From the NCBI GenBank assembly GCA_965262815.1, contig OZ253560.1, positions 1,397,514-1,461,513 on the forward strand: 64,000 bases of DNA, in the 5' to 3' direction. The translations under genes were made by a program, and so were the position numbers. Shown one piece after another: positions 1-9,426 of the stretch. Source of the DNA: a bacterium. GTDB lineage: Bacteria > JAAXHH01. The notes beneath the pieces were generated by a model. The model ran no database searches and was not told the origin of the DNA. It saw only the letters and a program-made list of their open reading frames with translations. Each line of letters begins with the position of its first letter. The first letter of the stretch is position 1.

Positions 1-714
1 GTCGACGACAGTCCCGATCAATTTCGATCCGCCTTCAACGACCGTACTGCCATGGTGGCGGTCTTTGGCGATCGGGCCGGCGACGGCATCATGACCGTAT
101 CTGGAATCGTCGACATCGCCCACGAACATGGCGTTCCCGTCCTCGTGGACGCCGCAGCCGAGCGCCCGGACGTACCGAATCCTTACCTGGCCGACGGCGT
201 GGACGCAGTGGCTTACAGCGGCGGGAAATGTCTCCGCGGTCCCCAAGCCTCGGGCCTGGTCCTTGGCCGGCGTGACCTGTTGTGGGCGGCGTTCATGAAC
301 GGCGCACCCCATCATTCCATCGCGCGTCCCATGAAGGCCGGCAAGGAGGAGATCATGGGCCTCCTCGCCGCCGTCGAGCGGTGGGGGAATCGGGACCACG
401 AAGCGGAATGGAAGGAGTGGGAGGGATACCTGCAAACCATAGTTGATGCCATCGCCACACTGCCTTCCATGCAGACTGCGATCCGGCAGCCGGGGCGGTC
501 GAACGTGGCACCGGTGCTACAGATCAGATGGGACTCATTGGCAATCGAAATCGAGCCGGATGAAGTGGCCAGGCAATTGTCCGAAGGCGAGCCGAGAATC
601 GAAATGGGCGGGGGCAGAGACGGACTGTCAATCATGCCGTACATGATGGAACCCGGCGAGGACGCCATGGTGGCTGCGCGGCTCAGGGAAATATTGGAGC
701 CGAAGGTCGCGTAA
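1..714 (+). CDS. SelA/DgaE-like PLP-dependent enzyme (5' truncated by window)
   Basis: VLVDAAAE and YSGGKCLRGPQASG (PLP lysine); RPMKAGKEEIMGL is typical of the SelA-like family. Confidence 0.8.
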   Translation, partial: VDDSPDQFRSAFNDRTAMVAVFGDRAGDGIMTVSGIVDIAHEHGVPVLVDAAAERPDVPNPYLADGVDAVAYSGGKCLRGPQASGLVLGRRDLLWAAFMNGAPHHSIARPMKAGKEEIMGLLAAVERWGNRDHEAEWKEWEGYLQTIVDAIATLPSMQTAIRQPGRSNVAPVLQIRWDSLAIEIEPDEVARQLSEGEPRIEMGGGRDGLSIMPYMMEPGEDAMVAARLREILEPKVA

Positions 715-720
715 AAAGAG

Positions 721-758
721 GGACAGATAACATGAAAGTGGACAGATAACATGAAAGT
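721..758 (+). repeat. Perfect 19-bp tandem duplication GGACAGATAACATGAAAGT x2 covering the start of the next gene
   Basis: Read directly: 721-739 is identical to 740-758. Confidence 0.95.
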
Positions 759-1065
759 GATCGTAGATCTGTGCGTTGTACCCATCGGAGTCGGGGTGTC
801 TGTATCCGAATACGTAACGGCCTGTGAAAGAGTGTTGCGGGAGGCGGGACTCAAGACTCTGATGCACGCTTACGGCACCAATATAGAAGGCGAATGGGAG
901 GAAGTCTTCGCCGCCGTGCGGAGGTGTCACGAGACCGTACACGCCATGGGCGCTCCACGCATATCCACGACCATTCGCCTGGGGACGCGAACTGACCGCG
1001 CACAGACCATGGAAGAGAAGATTGAAAGCGTCGAGAAGAAGCTGGGGGACGAAACCTCCTCCTGA
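751..1065 (+). CDS. MTH1187/YkoF thiamine-binding family protein
   Basis: VDLCVVPIG..SVSEYV, HAYGTNIEGEW, GAPRISTTIRLGTRTD. Confidence 0.9.
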   Translation: MKVIVDLCVVPIGVGVSVSEYVTACERVLREAGLKTLMHAYGTNIEGEWEEVFAAVRRCHETVHAMGAPRISTTIRLGTRTDRAQTMEEKIESVEKKLGDETSS

Positions 1066-1155
1066 TGTCGGATGTTTCATATCATTTTGCCGGCATTCGC
1101 GGGTGGGTTGAAAACCCTGGTAGACTGACACCATGTCGTCCCGCACGACGCTGGC

Positions 1156-1540
1156 ATGAAGATCACCTATCTAAAGACGTTTCTCATGAGTGCCTCGCCG
1201 ACCGGCGAGGCATACCGGGCGCTACTGGCTTTTCGTAAAGGTGTACACCGACGAGGGTCTTTATGGTGTAGGGGAATGCTGGGGCTGGCCGCGCGTGGTC
1301 GAACCGACCATACATGACCTCAAACCACTCGTCATTGGCGAAGCCCCTTTCCACATTGAACGTCTATGGCAGAAGATGTTCGCGGCGGTTATGGACATGG
1401 GATGACCGGCGTGGTCGGCAGCGGGGCCATGACCGGCATAGAAATGACGTTTCGGGACATCAAGGGGAAGGCCCTCGACACGCCCGTGTGGAACCTGCTG
1501 GGAGGCAAGATGCGGGACCGCATCCGTCTATACGGTCACG
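1156..1540 (+). pseudogene. Mandelate racemase/galactonate dehydratase-like enolase, frameshifted N-terminal part
   Basis: MKITYLKTFLM, then WLFVKVYTDEGLYGVGE, then GHGMTGVVGSGAMTGIE..GKALDTPVWNLLGGKMRDRIRLYGHA, with frameshifts between the segments. Confidence 0.85.
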
Positions 1541-1925
1541 CCTTCGACATGCCCTTTATCAGTGTAAACCTGAAGAGGTGATGCAACGCAGCGAATCGAG
1601 GTTCCAATACCTTCGGTGGCCTTCGGCGAGAGATGCAGACAGGCTGGAGTGTGAACCTGCATGGGCTCGGTCGACGACTGCAACGTCAGCGGCCCCGTGC
1701 GAGAGCTTGTTCGCCAGCCTGGAGTGTGAACTGCTATATCGCAGGCGATTTGCCACCAGGAAAGAGCCAAAATCACCCTTTTGTAAACATCTGTGGGTTT
1801 TTATATTATCTAAAAGACGACACTCTTCCCTGTGATATCTGTCTCCCATAAACTGTGAATTCAGGTTCAAGAAATCCTCCTGAATCCCAAACAGTAAACT
1901 GTCCACAATAACGGGGAAACATTAC
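1541..1925 (+). mobile_element. Degraded IS3-family transposase C-terminus (integrase core) with probable right end
   Basis: Frameshifted segments SVAFGERCRQAGV*TCMGSVDDC, APCESLFASLECELLYRRRF and RRHSSL*YLSPINCE match the IS3 OrfB consensus; CTGTCCAC..ACGGGG terminal-like sequence at about 1899-1920. Confidence 0.8.
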
Positions 1926-2081
1926 TCGGGCGAAGTCTTGTATTAGCGAAATGGGTTCTTCATGTGAAGACACTACAAGACGCTTCTCCCAAACTCAAAC
2001 CCGTTTTCCTCTGACAATGACCTCAATTCCTAAGTATAGGGATCGGGTCCTTTGGGTGGTCTTCACCCATGAGGGTTAAGA

Positions 2082-3173
2082 ATGCTCTTAGTGTACCGCC
2101 GATTGCTGCAACTAGACATCGGGAATCGGGCCTTGGGAATTGGGACGTTGTTTCTTGGATTTTTTATTCTAGGAGCGTTGCCCACCATCGCCTCCAAGCC
2201 TGTTCCGGCCCCCGATCTTAACGCGGCCATCGAAGCTGCCGAAGATCTGCCCCGCCTTCACAGCCTACTGGTGAGCCGCCAGGGTAAGCTAATTCTCGAG
2301 CGCTACTTCAACGGCAAGAATGCCTCCAGCCTGGCCAACATGAAGTCTGCTTCGAAGAGCGTCATCTCGGCTATGGTCGGCATCGCCATCGATAGGGGTC
2401 TGATCGAAAGCGTCCACCAGCCGTTGACCGCTTTTTTCCCTGAGTACCTGGAAGGGAACGAAAATGCCCCCAAGCGGGAGATCACCGTCAAGGATCTGCT
2501 CACCATGCAGTCGGGACTCGAGACGACGAGCAACAGAAACTACGGGGCCTGGGTTCTGAGCGGCGACTGGGTCCGCTACGCCCTCAACCAGCCCCTGGAG
2601 CATCCGCCGGGCACGCGCATGGAGTACAGCACTGGCAACACCCATTTGTTGTCGGCCATCCTGACCCGCGTCAGCGGGAGCAGCACCTGGGAGTTTGCGC
2701 AGGAGACGCTGGCCGCCCCCCTGGGATTCCGGCTGGCCCGCTGGCCTCAGGACCAGCAGGGGATCTATTTCGGCGGCAACGACATGCTGATGACGCCCCG
2801 GCAGATGCTGGCTTTCGGTGAACTCTATGTGAATGGCGGACGGTATCAGGGCCGGCAGATCGTGTCGGCCCAATGGGTGAAGGATTCTTTCGTTCCTTAT
2901 GCCCGGTCCAGGCGCCAGGGAGACCGTTTCTACGGCTACGGTTGGTGGATCCGAGAATTCGCTGGCTACCCCACCTTCTACGCCTGGGGATACGGAGGAC
3001 AGTACATCTTTCTCGTGCCGGATCTGAATCTGGTGGTGGTGGCCACTTCATCCAGCATGGTCAGTCCCGAGCGGCGAGCGCACCGGCGGAGGCTCTCCGA
3101 TTTGGTGGAACGTCTCGTCATTCAGCCCCTGGCCGAGGCCGGCATGGGTCTTCCTTCAGCCACAGGCCGCTAG
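2082..3173 (+). CDS. Serine hydrolase, class C beta-lactamase-like family
   Basis: SASK (SxxK), LLTMQSG, YSTGN, YGYGWW, AWGYGGQ; N-terminal hydrophobic segment. Confidence 0.9.
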   Translation: MLLVYRRLLQLDIGNRALGIGTLFLGFFILGALPTIASKPVPAPDLNAAIEAAEDLPRLHSLLVSRQGKLILERYFNGKNASSLANMKSASKSVISAMVGIAIDRGLIESVHQPLTAFFPEYLEGNENAPKREITVKDLLTMQSGLETTSNRNYGAWVLSGDWVRYALNQPLEHPPGTRMEYSTGNTHLLSAILTRVSGSSTWEFAQETLAAPLGFRLARWPQDQQGIYFGGNDMLMTPRQMLAFGELYVNGGRYQGRQIVSAQWVKDSFVPYARSRRQGDRFYGYGWWIREFAGYPTFYAWGYGGQYIFLVPDLNLVVVATSSSMVSPERRAHRRRLSDLVERLVIQPLAEAGMGLPSATGR

Positions 3174-3420
3174 CAACTTCAGGGAACAGCCAAACCCCGG
3201 GGAATCTCCCGCCCCACATTGCTTGTAAGAGTTTTACTGAACAGCAATCGATTTGGCTTCATCTATTCTTGTGCGATTCATCCAAACACAGTTTAGCTTT
3301 ATGCAATTGCTGTTCTGGAAGAATGTACACCTATAAGCGTTGCCACTGCACATGCATATGCTGCGACTGATATCTGGCACGGTGTGTATGGATTGCGCCA
3401 GATTCTGCACACCGAACACG

Positions 3421-3630
3421 CCAATGCTGGAAGCCAACCGGTAGTCTCTTCCCATTTCGGATACGCCGGGCCTGGGCGTCGACATCGACGAAAATGTGAT
3501 TGCTTGCCATCCGCCCGGCCCTCATGGAATGCCTGTGGATGGTGCAATATCGGTATACGATTTCCAGTATGTCGCCGCCCATAGGAAACAAGCGCGGTGG
3601 CTGAAAGGAAGAAACGGGGGTGAGCGCTAG
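3421..3630 (+). pseudogene. C-terminal remnant of an enolase-superfamily dehydratase
   Basis: Manual translation PMLEANR*SLPISDTPGLGVDIDENVIACHP contains the PGLGVDIDE C-terminal motif. Confidence 0.65.
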
Positions 3631-4592
3631 TTTCCGACCGGCTCGCTCAGGTGCCCGAAAAGGCGGTTTATTTGCTTTACATACATCTCGGGGAGGGGGC
3701 CCTTGGCTATGCTGCGGATATTCTGCACAATCTTGTCCAGGGTCACCGCGCTGCATACGGCGGTTGTAACACCCTCGGTGTAAACGACGTAGCGGTACGC
3801 CGCTTCTACAAGCGAGTCGATTTCGGGGTCTACAAGGAGGAAGTCGAAGGGGGAGCCGGGATCTATAGTCTCGTCCAGGAGTTCGTGCCGCTGTAACTCT
3901 TCGATGGTAATCGCCAGGCGCGACGGATCCTTGAAAATGTTGCGCACCGAAAAGATGTTCATGATCCCGACGTCGTGCTCCCGGCAGTATGGAAAGACCG
4001 TAAGCTGGGCCGATTGGTTGAGCATGCTGTGTGCGATCATGATGACATCCAGCTTCCCCGTCGGCAATGCCGCCCGCAACCACGCATGGGCACCGTCTGA
4101 CAGTGCTGTCTCACTGGATCCGAGAAAACGAATCTTGCCCTGCTGGCACAGTCTTTCAAGCACGGGCAACAGTTCGTTCAGCTGATGATCGAAGCCTGCC
4201 CGTTCGGTAGCAGCGATGAGGGCCACGTCGATCTCGTCCAGGTTCAGGTGTCGCAGGCTGGTCTCGATGGATTCCGTGATTTCGGCTGGAGTCGCGAAGA
4301 ACGTATGATTCCCTTCATCGCGCCCCGATAGGACCACCCGCGTGGATACGAAGAAACGGTCTCGAGGCATGGTCCTGAACGCCCGGCCCAGAATGGCTTC
4401 GCTTTCCAGGTAACCCGGCGACGTGTCGAAGAGATTGATTCCCAGGTCGAATACCCGGTGGACGAGGCGGTGCATTTCCGGTTCGGTGAGGGGCGGATCG
4501 CTGGATTGTCCCAGCCGGTTGTGGCCCCCGGAACCCATACTCAGCGTGGAAACGTTCAGCCCGGTGCGGCCCAGGGGGCGGTAGGTAATCAT
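3627..4592 (-). CDS. Aldo/keto reductase
   Basis: YRPLGRTGLNVS, GINLFDTSPGY, SEAILG, IETSLRHL, GKIRFLGSS. Confidence 0.9.
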   Translation of the reverse strand: MITYRPLGRTGLNVSTLSMGSGGHNRLGQSSDPPLTEPEMHRLVHRVFDLGINLFDTSPGYLESEAILGRAFRTMPRDRFFVSTRVVLSGRDEGNHTFFATPAEITESIETSLRHLNLDEIDVALIAATERAGFDHQLNELLPVLERLCQQGKIRFLGSSETALSDGAHAWLRAALPTGKLDVIMIAHSMLNQSAQLTVFPYCREHDVGIMNIFSVRNIFKDPSRLAITIEELQRHELLDETIDPGSPFDFLLVDPEIDSLVEAAYRYVVYTEGVTTAVCSAVTLDKIVQNIRSIAKGPLPEMYVKQINRLFGHLSEPVGN

Positions 4593-4742
4593 TTCAACTC
4601 CGGTAGATTGACGGGTCCGACGAGAATCGACTTTACAAATACACCCGTTAGTCCTATCGATTTGATACGGTTTTCAAATCAGATTTCTGACTGAGACCTG
4701 TTCTGGGACATGATGCGTACACTTTAAGAAAAAGGGGTCGGC

Positions 4743-5573
4743 ATGTCAACTGTCGAAGACCTGGTTAAACGAATCCAGATAGAGGGCTGGTGCGTCATCG
4801 ACGGCGTTATTCCCGAAGGGGAAGTGGAGCAGGTTCGTGAGAGTATCCTCGCAACGGCACGGAACCGACCCGATGACCTCGAGAACGGGCGCCACACCCT
4901 TCGCGGAGTTATCGCCTACGACCAATCGATCGCGCCTTACCTTTCGGAAGAACGAATCATGGGCGTCACCCAGGCGTTCTTCGGCGAGAATGTCCGCATC
5001 TCCATGACGACGGGCATCATACTGAATCCCGGTTACCCGAGGGCCAACGGCCCGGGTGGCGGCCTCCACTCCGACTATCCATTCGGTCAGGGGTACGACT
5101 ATCGCGTTCCGGCGCCTTACGCGGACGCGCCGCTGTTGCTGACCAGCCTGTGGATGCTCACGCCTTTCACCAGAAAGAACGGCGGCACGGTAGTGGTTCC
5201 GGGCAGCCACAAGGCGGGAAATAACCCTACGGGTGATAGCAGCCTGGTACCTGATTCAACTCATCCCTCCGAAATCCAGGCGGAGGGCGAAGCGGGCAGC
5301 GTGCTTTTGTTCGACAGCAGAATCTGGCATACCAACGGCGAAAACCGGAGTAATGAGACCCGTATCGCCGTCGTGGCCAGGTACGCGGCGTGGTGGTTCA
5401 ACCTTAACCCGCTGATCCCCGGTCTATCTGATTACGAAATCGACGCGGAGAAGCGCGGATTCCGTCCGGATGATGTCGTTCCGATGACCCCAAAAACATT
5501 CGAGGCACTGCCGGAACGCACCAAACCTCTGTTCCGTCATATCGTCATCGGCCAGCAGGTGCTGCCGTCCTAG
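4743..5573 (+). CDS. Phytanoyl-CoA dioxygenase (PhyH) family protein
   Basis: LHSD (HxD), NGGTVVVPGSH, FDSRIWH, distal R. Confidence 0.9.
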   Translation: MSTVEDLVKRIQIEGWCVIDGVIPEGEVEQVRESILATARNRPDDLENGRHTLRGVIAYDQSIAPYLSEERIMGVTQAFFGENVRISMTTGIILNPGYPRANGPGGGLHSDYPFGQGYDYRVPAPYADAPLLLTSLWMLTPFTRKNGGTVVVPGSHKAGNNPTGDSSLVPDSTHPSEIQAEGEAGSVLLFDSRIWHTNGENRSNETRIAVVARYAAWWFNLNPLIPGLSDYEIDAEKRGFRPDDVVPMTPKTFEALPERTKPLFRHIVIGQQVLPS

Positions 5574-5675
5574 CCGTAATCATCGGTACACGACCGCGAT
5601 CACAGTAGAAAAGTGGAGGTATCGCAACCTCCTGCGGCGTTGTAGTCTATGCGCGATCCGAAATCGGAGAAAACC

Positions 5676-7139
5676 ATGACTCGAAGCGACCGTCCCAACG
5701 TCGTCCTTATTTCCGCCGACCAGCATCGCGGGGACACCCTGGGTATCGCGGGCCACCCGGTCGTGCACACGCCGGGCATCGACGCCCTGGCTCACACAGG
5801 GCACTACTTCCCCCGGGCCATCACGGAGGTGCCTTCCTGTGTCGGCGCCCGACGGACGCTCTTCAGCGGGCAGTGGCCCATCACCCACGGCATGGTCGGG
5901 TTTGACGACATGGCGACCTGGGACGAAACGGACACGCTCTGCCGGGTGTTCCAGCGTAACGGTTACAAGACCTACTGCGTGGGAAAGCGTCATGTTTACC
6001 CCCAGGACAAACCCTATGGATTCGACGAGATCGTCTCGCACGAGGAGGGGCGATTCCTGTCATCGGGATACCGGGATGACTACCTGGACTGGCTCGCGGA
6101 ACAGGGCTGGGGAGATTTCGGCCTGTTCAACGCAGGTGTGACCAACAACGCGTACACCGCCCGGCCCTGCGTATTTCCGGAAGCGTTCCACGTGACCACC
6201 TGGACTGCCACGCAGGCCATTCGCGTGATGGAAGAACACGTCCAAAAACACGGCCGGGATACTCCTTTCTTCCTCTATGTATCTTTCACCAAACCGCATC
6301 CACCCTGGGATCCGCCGACGTTCTTCTACGAGCGGTACGCCGACGACCCGGACCTGCCCGACCCGGTCATCGGGGATCCGGCCCGGGTCGTACGGGAGCG
6401 CAAACCCTTCGTGAAGGTCCATGGTCCTTTTCCAGAAGCGGAATACCTGCCACGCTCATTGAAAGACGTCAGGCGGGCCCGGTCCGGATACTACGGATGT
6501 ATCGACCACGTGGACACCCAGGTCACGCGATTCACTTACCACATGTGGCGTATGCTTCGGCTACGCAATCTCGTCTACGCCTTCGTCGGCGACCACGGCG
6601 ACATGCTGGGGGACCACCATCACTGGGCCAAATCCTTCGGATACGAGGGTTCGATCCGCGTTCCCTTCGTCCTGAATTTTCCTGCACAGATGGACCTCCC
6701 CGCCGGCCGACAGTATCCTGATACGACCGTCGGCCTGGCCGACCTGATGCCCACGCTGCTCGACGTGTGCGGGGTGCCACCGCCGGATAGGATGGACGGA
6801 CGGTCACTCATGCCGCTTGTCAGAGGAGAAACGGACCGGCTGGACCGGGACCATCTACACGCCGAACACCTGGAGTTCGGCCACTACCTCGTCGACCACA
6901 CGGAGAAGTTCATCTGGCATTACCGGACCGGACAGTTCGAATACTACGACCTGAGGGAGGATCCGTACGAATGCCGGAATCTCTATCGCGATGATCATCC
7001 TCGTGCATGTGAACTGCATGAGAGGCTGGAGGCCCTGCTTGTGGACCAGGGCAGGGAGGATGCCTTCATGCGGGACGGGAAGTTGAACCACGAGGTGGCG
7101 CAGGGACATACCCACGAATTTCCGCCCTATGCCGTGTAG
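5676..7139 (+). CDS. Sulfatase (formylglycine type)
   Basis: PNVVLISADQHR, SCVGARRTLFSG, GKRH, KPHPP, GDHGDMLGDH; RBS GGAG before ATG 5676. Confidence 0.9.
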   Translation: MTRSDRPNVVLISADQHRGDTLGIAGHPVVHTPGIDALAHTGHYFPRAITEVPSCVGARRTLFSGQWPITHGMVGFDDMATWDETDTLCRVFQRNGYKTYCVGKRHVYPQDKPYGFDEIVSHEEGRFLSSGYRDDYLDWLAEQGWGDFGLFNAGVTNNAYTARPCVFPEAFHVTTWTATQAIRVMEEHVQKHGRDTPFFLYVSFTKPHPPWDPPTFFYERYADDPDLPDPVIGDPARVVRERKPFVKVHGPFPEAEYLPRSLKDVRRARSGYYGCIDHVDTQVTRFTYHMWRMLRLRNLVYAFVGDHGDMLGDHHHWAKSFGYEGSIRVPFVLNFPAQMDLPAGRQYPDTTVGLADLMPTLLDVCGVPPPDRMDGRSLMPLVRGETDRLDRDHLHAEHLEFGHYLVDHTEKFIWHYRTGQFEYYDLREDPYECRNLYRDDHPRACELHERLEALLVDQGREDAFMRDGKLNHEVAQGHTHEFPPYAV

Positions 7140-7174
7140 TGCCGAAAGTACCCGGTTAGAACCAGAGATGCGGA

Positions 7175-7246
7175 GCGGACCAGGCGGACCAGGCGGACCA
7201 GGCGGACCAGGCGGGCCCGGCGGACCAGTCGGACCGGTGGACCGGA
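7175..7246 (+). repeat. 9-bp tandem repeat GCGGACCAG, about 8 copies, degenerating at the 3' end
   Basis: Read directly in the intergenic region. Confidence 0.9.
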
Positions 7247-7256
7247 GAAACCTATC

Positions 7257-8243
7257 ATGACCACCTATAATCGCAAAGCGCTGAACCCCCCATATCCCGT
7301 CTCTATCGCGCCCGGGAAGATCCGTGAGAAGCTGGTGGAACTCTTCGGCCTGTCCGACATCCCCGAAGCGGTCGATTTCTCCATGGGTGCTTCACGGGAG
7401 GAAGATGGCATTCGCCTTACGCATCTTACCTATGCGAACGCTCTCGGGGAGACGGTCCCGGCTATCCTGATAGAGCCCCTTGACAACCCCGTCGAGTCCC
7501 TCCCGGGCGTGGTCTGCCTACCGGGAACGGGCGGATCGGCCGAGCGTTTGGCCCACGAGAGGTTCTTCATGGATCCTCCCGATGGCGGACCGCTATTTGG
7601 CTGGGGAAGGGAACTGGCACGGCGGGGCTACGTCACCCTGTCGATTTCACCCAAGGGATGCGACGGGCGAGGCACGAACGAAGAATCCTGGTACATAGAA
7701 CTCAAGCACCTGGCGCCCTATGGCATTTCGCAGATGGGTCTGCTCGTGGAGGAAGCGCTCAGAGGCGTCCGCGTGCTCGGAGTCCAGGACCGGATCGGGG
7801 AAAACGGCGTGGGGCTGACCGGCATGTCCCTGGGCGGCAACGCGACGTGGTACGCCATGGCCTGCGCCCCCTGGCTCGAGACGGGCGTACCGATCTGTGG
7901 CGGCGTCGGACAATTGGCCAGCGTCATACGGGAAGGCGATCTGTACCGACACAGCGCCTACTTCTTCGTTCCCCACATGCTTCGCTACTTCGACCATCCC
8001 GAAATCGTCGCGAACTGTATCGCGCCACGCCCCTTCATGATGGTGGCGCCTACGTCGGACGAGGACATGCCCCGGTCCGCGGTCGACGAGCTGATTCGCG
8101 TAGTCGCGCCCGTGTACCGGGATGCCGGTCACGGAGATCGTTTTCGCGTATACCAGCCGCAGGGCAACCACTGCTTTCGATTCGAATACTTCGAATGGAT
8201 GGTGGACTGGTTCGACCGATATCTCAAGCGAGATTATGCTTGA
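7257..8243 (+). CDS. Alpha/beta hydrolase (dienelactone hydrolase/acetyl esterase-like)
   Basis: GMSLGG nucleophile elbow, IAPRPF, C-terminal His (GNHCF). Confidence 0.85.
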   Translation: MTTYNRKALNPPYPVSIAPGKIREKLVELFGLSDIPEAVDFSMGASREEDGIRLTHLTYANALGETVPAILIEPLDNPVESLPGVVCLPGTGGSAERLAHERFFMDPPDGGPLFGWGRELARRGYVTLSISPKGCDGRGTNEESWYIELKHLAPYGISQMGLLVEEALRGVRVLGVQDRIGENGVGLTGMSLGGNATWYAMACAPWLETGVPICGGVGQLASVIREGDLYRHSAYFFVPHMLRYFDHPEIVANCIAPRPFMMVAPTSDEDMPRSAVDELIRVVAPVYRDAGHGDRFRVYQPQGNHCFRFEYFEWMVDWFDRYLKRDYA

Positions 8244-8310
8244 CCGTCGGCGGTCGCCAATCTTACATTATTCGTGTTCCCAAACAACATCTTACAGGCA
8301 GGATGGAATC

Positions 8311-9426
8311 GTGAGTAAATCTGCCCAAGACGACCGTGGATCGGCTGATTCCCGCGAAATAGCCCTCACCGACGAGGAAGTGCTGACCGAGGGTCCGCAG
8401 TACAACGAACCCCTGCCGAAGCACCGGGTGAAGTGGTACCGCTGCCGCGTGACGCGTGAACAACTGGCCAGTCTCAACCGGCGCAGCGACTTCCTGGGTT
8501 TCGTCCAGACCCTGGGCTATCTGGCGGTCCTGGGCATGTCCGCCGGCGCCGCCGTCTTCTCATCCCTCAATTGGCCCTGGTACGTCACTGCCCTGCTGGT
8601 CTTCATCAACGGGCACTTCTGGCATTTCCTGGTCAACGGTTTTCACGAACTGGTCCACGATTCCGTCTTCAGGACCCGCTGGCTCAACCGGTTTTTCCTC
8701 CGTGTTTACACCTTCCTGGGCTGGCACAACCACCATCACTTCTGGGCGAGCCACACCGAACATCACAAGTACACGCTCCATCATCCCGACGACCAGGAAG
8801 TGATCCTGCCCCAGAAGTTCGACATGAGAAACCTGTGGAAGTGGGCGATCATCAACTACCGGTATCCCTACGACCTCGTCAAGGGCAGGCTGGCGGCATT
8901 CGCGGGCAAGATCCCGGACGACCGCTGGTCCCGGGAACTCTTTCCGGAAAGCGACCCGGAACGACGCAGGGCTTATACAAACTGGGAACGGTTCATGTTC
9001 ACCGGTCACGTTTTGATCGCGGGTACGGCGCTGATGTATGGATGGTGGGTCGTGCTCCTGGTATTCACCTTTCCGAAGATGATCGGCGCCTGGCTCCAGT
9101 TCCTGTGCAACGCCACGCAGCACGTGGGTCTGCAGGACGAAGTACCCGACTATCGATTGTGCTGCAGGACGTTTTACATCAATCCCATCCTGCAATTCCT
9201 GTACTGGCACATGAACTACCATACCGAGCACCACATGTACGCCGCGGTGCCCTGCTACAGACTCGGCAGGCTGCACCGGCTCGTAAGGCACGAGATGCCG
9301 TACTGCACCCGGGGCCTGTACGAGACCTGGAAGCAGATCATCGCCATCATGGACCGGCAGGAACAGGAACCCGATTACCAGTTCGTTGCCGAGCTTCCGT
9401 CGCCCGCACCCCGGGAATCGACGTGA
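8311..9426 (+). CDS. Fatty acid desaturase family membrane diiron protein (MocD-like)
   Basis: His boxes HELVH, HTEHH, YHTEHH; TM segments; GTG start 8311. Confidence 0.85.
   Translation: MSKSAQDDRGSADSREIALTDEEVLTEGPQYNEPLPKHRVKWYRCRVTREQLASLNRRSDFLGFVQTLGYLAVLGMSAGAAVFSSLNWPWYVTALLVFINGHFWHFLVNGFHELVHDSVFRTRWLNRFFLRVYTFLGWHNHHHFWASHTEHHKYTLHHPDDQEVILPQKFDMRNLWKWAIINYRYPYDLVKGRLAAFAGKIPDDRWSRELFPESDPERRRAYTNWERFMFTGHVLIAGTALMYGWWVVLLVFTFPKMIGAWLQFLCNATQHVGLQDEVPDYRLCCRTFYINPILQFLYWHMNYHTEHHMYAAVPCYRLGRLHRLVRHEMPYCTRGLYETWKQIIAIMDRQEQEPDYQFVAELPSPAPREST

Noticed and set aside
1-714. True selenocysteine synthase selA or a selenoprotein locus
   Set aside because: Motifs fit the SelA-like/DgaE group; no selB, selD or tRNA-Sec seen, and no convincing in-frame TGA noticed
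2082-3173. Antibiotic-resistance AmpC
   Set aside because: Lacks KTG (has WG) and has YST instead of YxN; fits esterase/amidohydrolase homologs
3239-3315. MITE from the 10-bp inverted repeat GAACAGCAAT/ATTGCTGTTC
   Set aside because: Single copy, no target duplication seen; may be chance or operator DNA
7175-7246. CRISPR array
   Set aside because: 9-bp tandem units without spacers; no cas genes in the window
8571-9422. 659-aa ORF implying a long N-terminal extension of the enolase
   Set aside because: An off-frame overlap with the desaturase; the real start is GTG 9423
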